Positions 1-15,399 of a stretch of DNA of 64,000 bases are shown here, piece after piece. The translations under genes and the position numbers were made by a program. Position 1 is the stretch's first letter; each line of letters begins with the position of its first letter. Under the pieces are notes generated by a model. It did not search any database. It saw only the letters and a program-made list of their open reading frames with translations, and had not been told where the DNA came from. Source of the stretch: Octopus sinensis (taxonomy: Eukaryota); the NCBI RefSeq assembly GCF_006345805.1, contig NC_043005.1, positions 46,810,001-46,874,000 of the forward strand, written 5' to 3'.

Positions 1-113
1 AAGATGAAAGGAAAAGTCGACATCTACAGAATTTGAACTCAGAAGGTAAAGAAGGACGAAAACTCGTTAAGCATTTCGCCCGTGTTTTAACAATTCTGCC
101 AGCTCACCGCCTG
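1..113 (-). mobile_element. SINE family A (tRNA-type head), 5' part, cut by window edge
   Basis: Reverse complement of the head aaggcggcgagctggcagaatcgttagc...gttctgagttcaaattc...gtcgactttgcctttcatc, which recurs more than 10 times in this window. Confidence 0.8.
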
Positions 114-374
114 ATCTTGGAGTATAATAATGATGATGATGGTGAAGGTAGTGGTAGCGGTGGTGACGGCGATAATAACACTGGTGATGGAGATGATGAA
201 GATGATGATGATGAAGATGATGATGATGTTATTGTTGCCGTTGTCAGCTTCGACGTTATGGTCGTCGTTGTTGTAGTTGCTCTTATCTAGCCTCAGGTCA
301 ACTGTGATCAAGCAGCTAGGAATCCTTGATGAATAGTAGAAGCGCACTAGCAAAGATGGTGTGTATAATGATAA

Positions 375-720
375 AACAAGGTAAAGGGTAAAGACCTCTT
401 TTGGTCATGAATGACCATGGGATTGCACCTAGAAATTTACTCTCCGAGCTACAAGTCCGAGCAAAGTTGCTTATAGACCAACAGTCGCCCATGCATACCA
501 CTTCCTCTCTCAACGCCACCAATTTTATCCAAAGGAAATGCAAAGTCCGATACAGCTTGGCACCTGTGACATCGCATCTCATTTCTATAGATGGGTGAAC
601 TAGGGCAATGTGAAATAAAGTATCTTGCTCAAGAATACAACACAGCCCGGCCCGGGAACCGAACTCACAACGTCATGATTGTGAGCCGGACGCTCTAACT
701 ACTGAGCCATGCTTCTTCAG
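375..720 (-). mobile_element. SINE family C
   Basis: Aligns with copies at 5845-6170 and 57295-57565 (gattgcacctagaaa...gatacagcttggcacc...gaactcac...gagccatg); tRNA-like A/B boxes at the right end on the minus strand. Confidence 0.8.
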
Positions 721-1017
721 TCTGTGATCAACATTAGCTGTTTTTGAATACACTGATGTTGGACTCTTGAAATAATTACGCTGGGTTGGAATTGTTGAAA
801 CGTAATAGTGGCAATGTCGGAAGCGGTATTAGTATTGTTGTAAGATGAAACTCAAGGTGGACTAGCAATGGTTTGCACAAAATTATGCCAAGGGAACTTC
901 GGGGCTCCGGAGCAAATGAAATCTGAATTCCGAGGTCGCTAGGTCGATGAGTAAAGGTTTGGTAACAGAGGAGAGGTGGGAATGGGTACTCTTTGGTCAT
1001 AGTGTGGCTAAAGGTTC

Positions 1018-3012
<1,995 letters not shown>

Positions 3013-3489
3013 AAGAAACAGGAGGAAGAGAGAGAGGAAGAGGAAGCAAGAGGAAAACATATTTAATAAGAAACTTCCAGCAAGAAGACAAAATAGGTGA
3101 AAAGCTTTTAAGAAAGGGAAGCAGAGAAGCTTGTACATCATCAGTAGCGACCAAGAGGATACCATCGATATTTTTGGTGCTGGGGTGCTGGAAGGATAGT
3201 TGCTGGGAAGTGTCGTGGTTGGTGGTTTGTGATGTGGGATCAAACGAGGGGTGATGGTGGAAGGCATTGTAAGGAGGAAAAAGGAAATTGAAGCAGGGAA
3301 AAGAGGTTGGGGTTTGGCAGTAGTGTCTACTAGTTCGGAATTTTATGGCCAAGGATTGGTCGGTTTATACAAGCCATTAGCAATCTACGTTGGTGTAAGA
3401 GTGCAAAGTAGAGGGGCAAGCGTAATAGCGGAATAGACTGGTTATGTAGAAGGAGAGAAATGAGACAAGTTATGGTGGCATCTGCGACG

Positions 3490-4165
3490 TGGCGGTTTCG
3501 ATGGTAGAGGGTTGGGGTTCATGGTTGATGAGGTGGTGGCGGAGGCGATGGTGTTGGTGCCGCTGTTGATGGCGCTGTTGGTCGTGGTGGTAGTGATGGT
3601 GTCGGTGGCGAAGGTGTTGGTGGTGATGGTGGTGTTTGTAGTGGTGTTAGTGGCGCTGTTGGCGGTGGTGGTAGTGATGGTCTTGGTGGTGATGGTAGTG
3701 CTTGTGGTGGTATTAGTGGTTGTGTTAGTGGCGCTGTTGGCGGTGGTGGTAGTGATGGTGTTGGTGGTGATGGTGGTGTTTGTAGTGGTGTTAGTGGCGC
3801 TGTTGGCGGTGGTGGTAGTGATGGTCTTGGTGATGGTGGTGCTTGTGGTGGTGTTAGTGGTGGTATTAGTGGCGCTGTTGGCGGTGGTGGTAGTGATGGT
3901 GTTGGTGGTGATGGTGTCGGTAGCGATGGTGTTTTTGGTGGTGTTAGTGGCGCTGTTGGAGGTGGTGGTAGTGATGGTGTTGGTGGTGCTTGTGGTGGTG
4001 TTTGCGGTGGCGGTAGTTTTGTTGGTGGTGTTCATAGTGGTATCAGTATTGTTGTTGTTGTTGATGGTGGTGGTGGTGGTGGTGGTGGCGGTAATGGTAG
4101 TGGTGGTAGTGGTGTTGGTCTTGTTGTTGTTGATGTAGTTGTTTGTTGTTGGTGATGGTTGTGGT
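3490..4165. repeat. GTG-rich triplet minisatellite (Thr-rich frame on minus strand)
   Basis: Recurrent gtggcgctgttggcggtggtggtagtgatggt blocks; unit lengths keep frame. Confidence 0.9.
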
Positions 4166-4220
4166 GGAGATGGCTACAGTGAGAGGTTAGTGCTGCAAAG
4201 AAGCCGGTCAAGCAAAGTCC

Positions 4221-4241
4221 CTACCATCACATACACACACA

Positions 4242-4293
<52 letters not shown>

Positions 4294-4949
4294 TACATAC
4301 ATACACAAACTAACATCAGTATCAACAACGAACACCAACACCAAACGCATTCGTAACCAATAATAATAATAATACCTCCACAACTACCACCTCTGACACT
4401 AAATTCAACTTATCGAAAGCTACTAGCAACTCTACAACCATCGCCGCCAACGCCACTACCGCTGCCGCCACCACCACCGCCACTACCGCCGCCGCCTCCA
4501 CCACCGCCGCAGTCTCCACCACCGCCACAAGCGACACCAATATCCATACCAATACAAATTCCACCATCCATCACCAATAAATAAGTCTCTTTATGGAAAT
4601 CACAGAGAAAAACTACTAAATACCGGTATTCTACAAAGTACTGATGTTATCATTCGGTCGCCAAAACTGCTGTTTTGAACACCAACTACAACTACAGCTG
4701 CTACTACTACTACTACTACTACTACTACTAACTACTACTACTACTACTATAACTACTACTACCACCACTACTACCACCAGTACCACCACCACCACTACCA
4801 CCAATACTACTACTACCACTACCACCACCCTCCATACTACAACTGCTACCACAAGCACAACCACCACCACCATCACCACCACTACCAACAACAGCAACAC
4901 CACTACTACTACGACTACCACCACCACTACCATCACCACCATCACTACG

Positions 4950-4998
<49 letters not shown>

Positions 4999-5055
4999 AT
5001 ACTGTTATCACGACTACTTCGACCACCACCACCACCATCACCACCACCACTACTT

Positions 5056-5089
<34 letters not shown>

Positions 5090-5485
5090 CATCATTACTA
5101 GTGCTGCTATCACGATTAATTCGACCACTGCTACTATTACCTCCACCAGCAGCACATCATTGCTATTATTACAACTAATACCACCGTCACTAATTTTACT
5201 ACTACCACCACCATCACCGCCACCACCAACACTACTGCTGCAGCTACTACTACTACTGCTACTGCAACTACTATTTCCACAAATACTAGTGCTTCTATCG
5301 CGACTACTTCGACCACTACTACTACTACCTCCACCACCAGCACATCACTGCTACTATTACAACTATTACCACTACCGTCACTACTTTTACTACCACCATC
5401 ACCACCACTACTGCTGCTGCTAATGCTGCTGCTGCTGCTGCTACTACTACTACTACTACTACTACTACTATTACTACTACTACTA
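4221..5485. repeat. (CA)n followed by (ACT)n/(ACC)n low-complexity tract
   Basis: Direct reading; contains a diverged ~185-bp duplicate (about 5095-5260 vs 5283-5420). Confidence 0.9.
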
Positions 5486-5844
5486 TGGTCACTTGTGCAG
5501 AACAGATAAGAAAACGTAGACTATCGTATCTTTCTGAACAGAAACCGGAATGCCGATACAGTCGGTTCCCAAGGTACTTAAGGCTGCGTTTTTTCCACAT
5601 AATAAAGATTTTGTCGATTTAATAAATGCTAGAATTAATTGAGGTTGTCATTTGTCAGTTCTTGCTGAGGACAACTCTACGTCTCATCCTTTCTGAGTTT
5701 GTGAAATAAATACGATATTTCTTGACATTACCTATAGTGACAGAAATATACGCCCAAAGTTACCAGTCATATGACAAACTAGAGCATGTGTGTGTAAATG
5801 TGTGTGTATGTGTGCGCGCGCGCTTATTTGATGTATGTAAAGAG

Positions 5845-6170
5845 CGAAGCTCCCCTTCGGTCATGATTGACTATCAGATTGCGCCTAGAAATTTCCTCTT
5901 CGAGGCACAAGTCAGGGCGAGGTTGTTTATGGAAGACCAACAGTTACCCATACATACCAGCTTCCCTTCTCCGCTCCACCGATGTTATCCACGGAAAAGG
6001 CAAAGGCCGATACAGCTTGGCACCTGTGACGTCGCTACTCATTTCTACAGCCGAGTAGGAACTGGAGCGACGTGGAATAGAGTTTCTTGTTCAAGAACAC
6101 AAAACAGCTCAGTTCAGGAACCGATCTCGATGCCTCATGATTGGAAGACCGATGCTCTAACCATTGATCC
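5845..6170 (-). mobile_element. SINE family C
   Basis: Aligns with 375-720. Confidence 0.8.
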
Positions 6171-6249
6171 ATAAGCATGTATGTATGTATGTATGTATGT
6201 ATGTATGTATGTATGTATGTATGTATGTATGTATCTATCTATCTATATA

Positions 6250-6318
<69 letters not shown>

Positions 6319-6947
6319 TAGTTCAGTTATTGGGATTTCAATCAATAGATTTGTGGGTATTCCATTTCAGATAATGCAAAAAGAATAAACGAGTATTCAT
6401 AATGGAAAATTCGTGGTATTTATATGCACATCAAGAAATAATACTTAGGATAAAATCAGTACAATAGCAAGGTATATAATATACTACCTTACTTAGCCCT
6501 TACTTAAGTTAAAATTATAATCAGAAAAATTATAATTTCTGCATTGGAAGATCAGAATATATGTAATGATCATATTTATAATTCTACGAACACATCTTCA
6601 GGTTCATTTTTCATAATATTGTTCAGCTATTTTAAATCATCATAATAATTAAGCGTTAAATTAAAAATAAAGAAAATAAACTTTACAAAATTAAGAATTC
6701 AAAAATTAAAATTTATAAACCAGAAACTATAAATATAAATTAGTATACGCACAAATCTATTGATTGAAATTTCAATATTCTCCATATGCATGTAATACTA
6801 AAGGGGTGTGTGCCTGCAGATTTGGGAATTCATTTTCCCACATTATTCAAATATATATATAAAATTTGATGAGTTTTATAGTTTGTAGTCAATTCTATTA
6901 GAATCAAAAATTCACTCAGTGAAACCCAGCTGACGATGAGGAATATT

Positions 6948-7350
6948 TTTATCTCCGCCAAGGAAGAACATTATGTTTTCAGCCACGTTGGTTTGTCCGT
7001 CTGTGTGAAAAATAACTCGAAAAGTTATGAACGGTATTTGATGAAACTTTGTAAAGTTGATGAAATTTGGTAATGACAATGTTTGATGAAAGTTGGTAAT
7101 GACAGAAGGAACAAATGATGAAATTTTGGTAGTTATTCAAGAATTTCTATGTATTTTTGAAGGATTTTTCATATATTATATTTATTTTACATGAAGTATT
7201 ACAATGTTACGTTCTTTGATTATCTCCCTTGAAAACACGTTCATTTTTCTAAGTAACCTATGGTGGCGTTGCTGTTTGTAAAGTTTATTTTCGTTTCTCT
7301 ATTAGTAATTTTACTCGCGTATCTATCTTAAAATGAGCTTCTTTGCGGAG
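6948..7350 (+). mobile_element. Helentron-type non-autonomous element (HINE-like)
   Basis: Starts tttttatctccgccaagg...ttatgtttt and ends ctttgcggaggtctg (subterminal inverted repeat ctccgccaag/cttggcggag); related to 8215-8345 and 13391-13751. Confidence 0.55.
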
Positions 7351-7363
7351 GTCTGTAGAAGAT

Positions 7364-7790
7364 GACATGAAAAGCCTTGACTACTGGGATCAATTCAAAA
7401 ATCTCAGGCTTTGCTCCCTCCACTGCCGCTGTGAGCTCTATATCATCTGTATGATGTGGAAAATATTCCATCAACATTGCTAAACATTAAAATTCGTCCG
7501 AGGATCCCTCCCCCGTGCCATCCGTCCACTACAGAAATGTTCGTGTCGTATCACAACACTATGACATAACTGATTTCACCTCAATTGGCCCTGCTCTCTT
7601 CAACATCGTGCCAGACACACATAAAGGAGGAAAGTGACTTCACAGCATTCAAATGATCCCTAGATGATTACCCCCAACAAATGCCAGATAAACCACCCAC
7701 ACTCAAATATGTCTCTGAAAACAATAACCCTCTGCTTGAAAGGGCTACGGTTCTCCAGAGCTGACTGTGTATCTCGTCCAGGTGGTGCTA
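7364..7790 (+). mobile_element. CR1-group LINE, decayed 3' end of ORF2
   Basis: Translates DMKSLDYWDQFKNLRLCSLHCRCELYIICMMWKIFHQHC and FTSIGPALFNIVP, resembling the CR1/L2-group C-terminus (YxERLxxLxLxSLxxRR...); has stops and frameshifts. Confidence 0.7.
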
Positions 7791-8214
7791 TTAAATTAGA
7801 CATGGCCTGAGTCAACTTCGGCCTAAATTTATCTAAGTAATCTAATCTATGCTGTAATCTTTTAATCAAAGCATGACTAAGTGGATAGAGGCTGATATCT
7901 TAACATTTCTGATGGTCTTAAGTTTATTTATAAAAAACATTATTAAAGATTTATATAGAACTACATTCAGAGTATGTATATAAGCTATTGTGTTTAGACC
8001 TGGTTCCTATCCTCAAACTGTTCCGTTTTGTAGATGCAATTTTTTTTTAATAAAGCATTCCGAAATTAGAAAAATAAAAAATCTGCAACAATCTCGGTCC
8101 CATGAGTATCGGATAATGGATTTTCAGCTGTGTAAAGAAACTGATTGTGGGGCTCGTAGTTTTGACGGTGACTATGGTAAAAGCAGGGACAGTGTTGATG
8201 ATGACGATGGTCGA

Positions 8215-8345
8215 AATAAGTATGGGAGGAAGTTATGTTTTTGCTGACGTTGATTTGGGAAATTGGGCGGTTTTCAGCGTGCGTGTACATGGGTGAAAAT
8301 GAGCTGCTTGGCGGAGGTCTGCGCTCTCCGAGTGCTTTTCTAGTT
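8215..8345 (+). mobile_element. Short HINE-like copy with intact 3' end
   Basis: cttggcggaggtctgcgctctccgagtgcttttctagtt: subterminal IR, small hairpin, CTAG. Confidence 0.55.
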
Positions 8346-8399
8346 TTACTTGTTTCAGTTGTTTTACTGCGGCCATGCTGGTGCGCCACCTTAAAATGA

Positions 8400-8615
8400 T
8401 GAATATGATTATGTTAATGATGATGATGATGATGATGACGACGACGACGACGGTGATGATGGCGACAACGACGATGGTGATGACGATGATGACGTTTATG
8501 ATGACGATGAGGAGGTGGAAGTGGAGGAGAAGGAGAACGACGGCGATGGTGATAATGATGTTGATGATTACGATGATGATGATGATGATGATGATGACGA
8601 TGGTAACAATGACGA
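8400..8615. repeat. (GAT)n/(GAC)n microsatellite
   Basis: Direct reading. Confidence 0.95.
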
Positions 8616-10224
8616 TGTTAATTTCTACCTTAGGTACGAAGATAATAATTTTATGGGGACAGGGTTTGCCGAATACGCCGATGTCAGTACTTGATTGATA
8701 CTTATGATATACCGACTTCAGGTCTAAAATCTCATGGTCTCTGCATAGCTTAGAAACCCAATCCTAGAACAGACCCATAAAAATTACATGGTCCACGCCC
8801 CATAATTCCTTCGAGTAGGGAAGCGATTCCATTCCCTAATAGACATTTCCCAGCCGATCATAGGTACAATAAAATTTCCAGCTAGCGTTCTTTGAATTCC
8901 AGCTAGCGTTCTTGATATTCCAAGAGGAAGGTATAACCATCTCAAGTGTATCTTCCTCAGTAAGTAAATTAGGATATTGCCTATTAGATCAGAAATGGAA
9001 CATAAGTTCATTGTCTGAGAAGTTGAAGTCAACTCACCCAAACTAAAGAAGACAATCGAATGCAGCAGTCACATAAGTATGGTAGAAGGATAATTCAATC
9101 AAAAGTCTTACAGCTCCGTATCATCACTTCCAGTTTGTATACAAGAGAAAGTTCACTGGAATATGGAATTCATTGGAGTGTTTTAAATAGATACATAAAT
9201 TATAGAAACTACATATATTTTTCAGTGTTACACAAACCATATAAAAATTAACTGAAAAAATTCAGCTTTTCACAGCGGGAAAAAAACCCCAAAACATATT
9301 CTACTCGAAGTAAAAAAAATTTGAGGAGCTGTCTATTTTTCGTTAAGTAAGCTCATGTGGAGAAATTAATTTTGTCCTTTTGGAATATTCTACCGTTATG
9401 AAAATGGTTCTTCACTCTCCCGAGTTTGAGTGTACACCTTTCACCCTTTTTTCATCTTTTCAATCGTTCTACACTTGGCCACATGTTTAACAAAGCAACT
9501 CTCAGTCCCTTACCTAATGGATTAACATAAGATCATATGGTCAGATGAAGGCGCTTAACTGAGTGTCTGCATGGGTGTATGGATGTATATGTGTGTAGCA
9601 GGGATGGATTGTGAGACATTCAGCGAGAAATTGTATATCTTTTATCTGTTACATGTTTCTGTCATTATACTGCGGCCATGCTGTGACACTGCTTTGAAGA
9701 ATTTTTTAGTGAAATAAAATCACCGAAGTACTTATTTCTTATTAAGCCTGGTAATTATTTTATCGGTTTTGCTAACCACTAAGTTGTGGGGGAGTAAACA
9801 CACCAAATCATATTAATTTCTAACATAAGTATGGGTCTCAAATCTATGACGATGTGAATTGAGGATTAAATCGATCCGTTGCTCAAACGGTACTTATTTC
9901 ATCGATCTCAGAAGGAGGAAAATTATGCCCACTTTGGTACTATTTAAACTCAGGAAGCGCACTTATGCAACTGAATATTGCAAAGTATTTAATCCATCAT
10001 TCTATAAATTGTGGCAATTAACTGATCTGCGCTAATTAAGTAATTAATGTTTACGTAGATAAAAGGGCACAGATGTGGGAGCAGAGTATAACTGATTACA
10101 TTGATCTGTGTATTTTACTTTGTTTTATTACATCTGATGATGAAAAGCAATGTCTACCATGCAGTAATTTGAACTCAAGACACGCTGAAAGTATTCAACT
10201 GAATATTGCAAGGTAATTTCACCA

Positions 10225-11025
10225 TCGTTGTAGACAGGAACATTGCGAGGAACCGGAAGAACGTTTTGGAAGCAGGTGAGAGTGATTTTGGACAAGTCAA
10301 CATCAGGAGAGGAATCCTTTCAGATTATTTATTGCTACTATTGCTGTTTATTGTTATCATGTTGCCACTAACTCTTGTTTTGAATATAAGAACTGGTTAC
10401 AGAATGCAGAAGAACGTGAGACTAATTAACCATTTACTGTTCGTGGATGATCTTAAGATTTATAGGGATAGCAGAGATCAACTTGACTCACTTCTTCAGA
10501 TTGTACGAATTATCTCACAAGATATCTGAATGTTATTTAGTCTAGATACTTGCGCTGTGAAAGAAACGAGAATAATGAAAGTAGGCAGTAATGGAGTGGA
10601 ATTTCCGGATGATAGGTGAATTGGTGAAGTGGACATAGGTATTAGTAACTTGGTATTTTACAGTTAGACCGGATTATGAATACCATTATGAAAGACAAGT
10701 TCACATCAGAGTATATTAGAAGAGTGAAGAATTCCTGTTGATCTCTGCTGAATGGAGATGATCTGCTCAATGTCAATAACATTTCAGCCGCAGACATGGT
10801 TCACTATGATGCAGGAGTTGTGGAAAAGACAATGGTCAACATGAACAGAACTAGAATGATAATGGCTATGCACGGATGTCTTCATGCTAGAAGTAATGTA
10901 ACAGGGATTTATCTGCAAAGGGAGGAAGGACAAAATAGTTGATTGGAATAGAGGAAAGTGTTAAGAAGGAGATCAAATCCTTGTATTTCTATCTTAGGGA
11001 GAATGATGAATACATGTTACACACG
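10225..11025 (+). mobile_element. R4/Dong-like (RLE-type) non-LTR retrotransposon, decayed RT region
   Basis: GQVNIRRGI...INHLLFVDDLKIY...QLDSLLQIVRIISQDI (RT YADD region as F-x-DDLK), followed by MAMHGCLHARSNV.GIYL.REEG; stops and frameshifts. Confidence 0.85.
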
Positions 11026-12309
11026 GCATTTTGGTTCATATTGTTTCTACACCTAAAATAAAAATAAAAAACAAAAGAAAATCCTCTTCCGATAAATTCG
11101 TGTCGAACTCTTCGTATTACCTCATTTCAGAATCAGAGAGGCTTGAAGCGGAGGAAAAGAATGAAGGTGAGCGTGTGGTGATCAAAGCTACCTAAGATTT
11201 TTGCTCATCATCTTAATGCTCAACTGATCTTCACTAGTAAAGTCAATGCAATTTGAGGCCGTTCAGAGACCTAGAGAAATGAACTACATTTGTAGCATCA
11301 GCGAGATCTCAAACTAGTTTTGGAGGGCGGTCGATTCGATCTAGTTATGTACTAGACGTTTGTACGATGTGAGATATGATATATTGTGATTTGGTCACAC
11401 AACGTTTAATATGGTATGTCTACAATATGGTGCACATTGCTGTTTTTAGACTTTGGAAAGTCTCCTGAACTGTATTGAATTTCGTCCCTTTTTCAAACAC
11501 CTAATGGCATACCTTAACTTTTTCAGCCACTTCACGACTTCCACCTGCGTTAGGTTGTTTACATGTTTTGTTCTTGGTTGATGCACCTGTATACCATGCA
11601 GTGCCTCTACTTTTGTTCCCATCCATTTCCAATTGTTTGAGTATGTCTTTTAGATCCATACACACCTTTTGCTCCACTCTGCAGGCTTTCTTCCCTTAGA
11701 TCGCCTATGATCCAGATGTTTGGAGATCTTTATGAACGAAACGAATTGGCTCCAGCTGATCTGGCATCATTTGCAGATGGCATAATAATAACCATGAGTC
11801 GTACTGTATTCTGTCAATGGCAGTAGCAACAGTATTGGCTTTGAGGAATACGCAGTTAAATTTGTTGTTGCTGCATAGTGTTGTTATTGTTGCTGCCACC
11901 TGGTTTCTCTTGGACGAAATTTGTGACAGCTACAGCGGTTGTAGTGGCTGCATTGCGGATTGGAATAAGGGTGATTCTCACTCAAAGACATTCCAGTAGT
12001 CATTGACAGTATCTCTTCCAGCTATTCTCATGTGTTGGTCAGGTAACAAAACCTACACAGTGTCCATGGTTTCTATTTGCTTTTTTTTTTTAACAGAATG
12101 ATTATAAGAAAAGTTTCAAAAACCCAAACGAGAAAAGTTTGAACTGACCACTCTGTTGCAGTTGTTTTCGATTATGCTAAAATGGCATAAACAGATGTGT
12201 CAAAATAGGTACAAGAAGAATTCAAAATATCAAGAAAAAGTAAACTATTTTGTGGAAAACTTGAAGGTGATAAAAAGTTTTGCTCGCAAAGAAGATAACC
12301 ACGACGTTG

Positions 12310-12347
12310 ACGACAACAATAACAGCAACGACAACAACAATAATGAA

Positions 12348-12398
<51 letters not shown>

Positions 12399-12483
12399 CA
12401 TAATAATAATAACAATAATAATAATAATAATAATAGTAATAATAATAATAATAATAATAATAGTAATTATTATTATTATCATT
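12310..12483. repeat. (AAT)n microsatellite
   Basis: Direct reading; further (AAT)n tracts at about 12718-12756, 13282-13390, 13752-13795, 14030-14085, 14858-14910, 15475-15530. Confidence 0.95.
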
Positions 12484-12715
12484 ATTTCTTTTACTACCCA
12501 CAAGGGGCTAAACACAGAGGGGACAAACAAGGACAGAGAAACGGATTAAGTCGATTATATCGGCCCCTGTGCGTAACTGGTACTTAATTTATCGACCCCG
12601 AAAGGATGAAAGGCAAAGTCGACCTCGGCGGAATTTGAACTCAGAACGTAGCGACAGACGAAATACTGCTGAGCATTTGGCCCGGAGTGCTAACGTTTCT
12701 TTCAGCTCGCCACCT

Positions 12716-12717
<2 letters not shown>
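12484..12717 (-). mobile_element. SINE family A, near full length, flanked by (AAT)n on both sides
   Basis: Aligns with other family A copies. Confidence 0.85.
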
Positions 12718-12756
<39 letters not shown>

Positions 12757-13281
12757 GCAATAAGCCAGGCTTGTTCATTGGACATTTTGAAACAAGAGCA
12801 AAATGTTGGTACGACCACAAACCTGAAGGCAACGTCGAAAATAGAAATACAAAGATCCTATATGATTTTATGATTTAATGCGACCATGCGATAGAAAATA
12901 GGAATCCAGACACAGTCTTAACTGAGAAAGGAAACAAAGTATTCTGGATCATAGTTATAGCATGCTCAGCTGACAAGAAGGTATGCGATAAGGAAGAAAG
13001 AAAAGTCGAGAGATATGATAGGTTAGCTTGGGAAGTTAAGCAGTTGTGGTCGATGAAAAAGGTGGTTGTAGTACTAATAATTGTCGGAGCAAAACTCTCG
13101 AGAAGTACGTCGAACAAATAGGGGCTGAAATAAGGTTGGAGAACTTGCAGAAAACAGTACTGCTTGGAACCGCTCGAATACTCCGGAAGGTGCTCGAAAA
13201 ATAAGAGGTGATACCTTAGTTCACTGGTAGTGAACAGCAGACACTGTAGTACATCTCGAGCGTTAGAAGCTGCGCAAAGGC
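12757..13281 (+). mobile_element. R4/Dong-like LINE 3' end: restriction-like endonuclease domain, 3' UTR and (AAT)n tail
   Basis: WYDHKPEGNVEN...RNPDTVLTEK...KEERKVERYDRLAWEVKQLW...LQKTVLLGTARILRKVLEK* (RLE PD-(D/E)xK-type C-terminus). Confidence 0.85.
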
Positions 13282-13373
<92 letters not shown>

Positions 13374-13390
13374 TAATAATAATAATAATA

Positions 13391-13751
13391 ACAAGAGCAC
13401 CCAGAAAGCGCAAACTTCCGCCGGGGCAATCCAACGCCGTCTCAACGATTAGCCGGAGAGGATTTCTAAAATGAGAATATCTGAAATAAACTCGACTGCT
13501 CCCACAAATGAGAATACTAAAAATGAGCCCGCCCTCTCTCAAAAATTAAGTAAAAAACCAAGAAAGGTAATTCAGAATCCTTGACCGGGACCAGATCGAT
13601 CCCAAAATCTAACCAGTTCGTGCCAGTCACGAGTTCAAACATCCCTGAAAGTTTTATCCAAATCCATCCAGCGGCTCTTGAGATATCTTGTCTACGGACA
13701 AACAAACAAACACGACTGAAACAATACCCCCGCCTTGGCGAAGGCGGAGGA
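13391..13751 (-). mobile_element. HINE-like element inserted in (AAT)n
   Basis: Minus strand starts tcctccgccttcgccaagg...tattgttt and ends ggcggaagtttgcgctttctgggtgctcttgtt; same architecture as 6948-7350 and 8215-8345. Confidence 0.55.
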
Positions 13752-13786
<35 letters not shown>

Positions 13787-13794
13787 TAATAATA

Positions 13795-14012
13795 ATGCTT
13801 TCTGGTAAAGGCACAAGGCCTGAAATTTTGCGAGGAGGGGACTAGTCGATTACATCAACCTTAGTGTTTCACTGGTACTTAATTTATTGACTCCGAAAGG
13901 ATGAAAGGCAAAGTCGACCTCGGCGGAATTTGAACTCAGAACATAAGGACGGACGAAATATTGTTAAGCATTTTGCCCAACGTGCTAACGATTCCGCCAG
14001 CTCGTCGCCTTA
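13795..14012 (-). mobile_element. SINE family A
   Basis: Aligns with other family A copies. Confidence 0.85.
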
Positions 14013-14030
14013 AAAAAAAAAAAAAAAAAA

Positions 14031-14085
<55 letters not shown>

Positions 14086-14654
14086 AACCCAAATATATGG
14101 CACAGAACTTTCAACCTGTTATCTCTTGAGGTCTCTGGGTGAGACTTGGAGCCAACTTGTACAGACATAAAGCAAAAGTCAAACATAGAATAATAATAAT
14201 AATAATCTTTTCTACAATAGGCATAAGACCTGAAGTTCGAGGGAGGGGGCTAGTGGAATACGTCAACCCCATTGCTCAACTAGTACTTAATAATGATAAT
14301 ATTTTATAAAAATTTGACATAGCTCTTCACGAAAGTAAATAGGCAATAAGAAGAGCGCGATGTGATTTGTAATAGATTGTGTATTTAATGGTTTGAACGG
14401 TATTTAATGGTGTGAACGATATTTCGTGTTTTCAAGCTCAAAAAGTTTCGATGAAAACAACTGCAGAAACACAAAAATTCAAAATACAAACGAGGAAATC
14501 CTGCGTGCATAATTTGATAGAATGACATCATGAGTTTTTCAATTTTGCAACTGGTAAAAGGAAAAAGAAAAAGAAAAAGAAAAAAGGAATATTTAGTTGA
14601 ACAGTTTTTGTGTAAATGTGGTGAAATAATGGTCTCAAATTTTTGCCTCAAATT

Positions 14655-14846
14655 TTAGCCATTTTGGGGGAAGAGCCAGTCGATTAAATCGACCTCAGTA
14701 CGCAACTGGTACTTAATTTATCTATCCCGAAAGGATGAAAGGCAAAGTCGACCTCGGTGGAATTTGAACTCAGAACGTAACGGCAGACGAAATACGGCTA
14801 CGCATTCCGCCCGGCGTGCTAACAATTCTGCAAGCTCGCCGCCTTA
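14655..14846 (-). mobile_element. SINE family A
   Basis: Aligns with other family A copies. Confidence 0.85.
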
Positions 14847-14855
14847 ACGTGGTGA

Positions 14856-14909
<54 letters not shown>

Positions 14910-15399
14910 CTTCTTAATGTCAATCAGTAATAATAATAACTACTGCGGTCGCTTCGTTGTACTAAAATTTTTGAAAGCGGTGCCCCAGCATGGACACAGT
15001 CTGACAATTGTCTTGAACACAACGTAAATTTCAGGAAAATTTTCAGGCAATAATGTTATAACAAAGCTGTTTTTTTTTAATTATTGACAGCGTGCATTTA
15101 TTGTGTCTTCCACTTACTTTCCGGACGACAATTCCATTCTCGAGCTTTGGTAGAAGAAACCTTCCAAACGTTTTGAGGAGGTGAATTGTACCTAAGTCAA
15201 TCATGACTACGAAGTAAATTAATCATTCGTTCTTGTATGTTCCATCTTTTTTTTTTCGGCTCCATTTTTCTTACTTGTTGCAATCATTGAACTGCGGCCA
15301 TATTGGATGCAACGCCTTGAAAAAAAAATTAGTCTAAGGAATCGACTCCATTACTTACTTTCAGGTCTGTTATTTATTACAGCCCGCGCTCTTAACCAC

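Noticed and set aside
6912-6945. ctca-gt-GAAA-cccag-CTGACGA-tgag
   Set aside because: No room for stems I and III
11480-12000. Coding-like unique sequence (ORFs 11705-11899, 11817-11999)
   Set aside because: Stops in all frames and no motif that I can assign; possibly a decayed element
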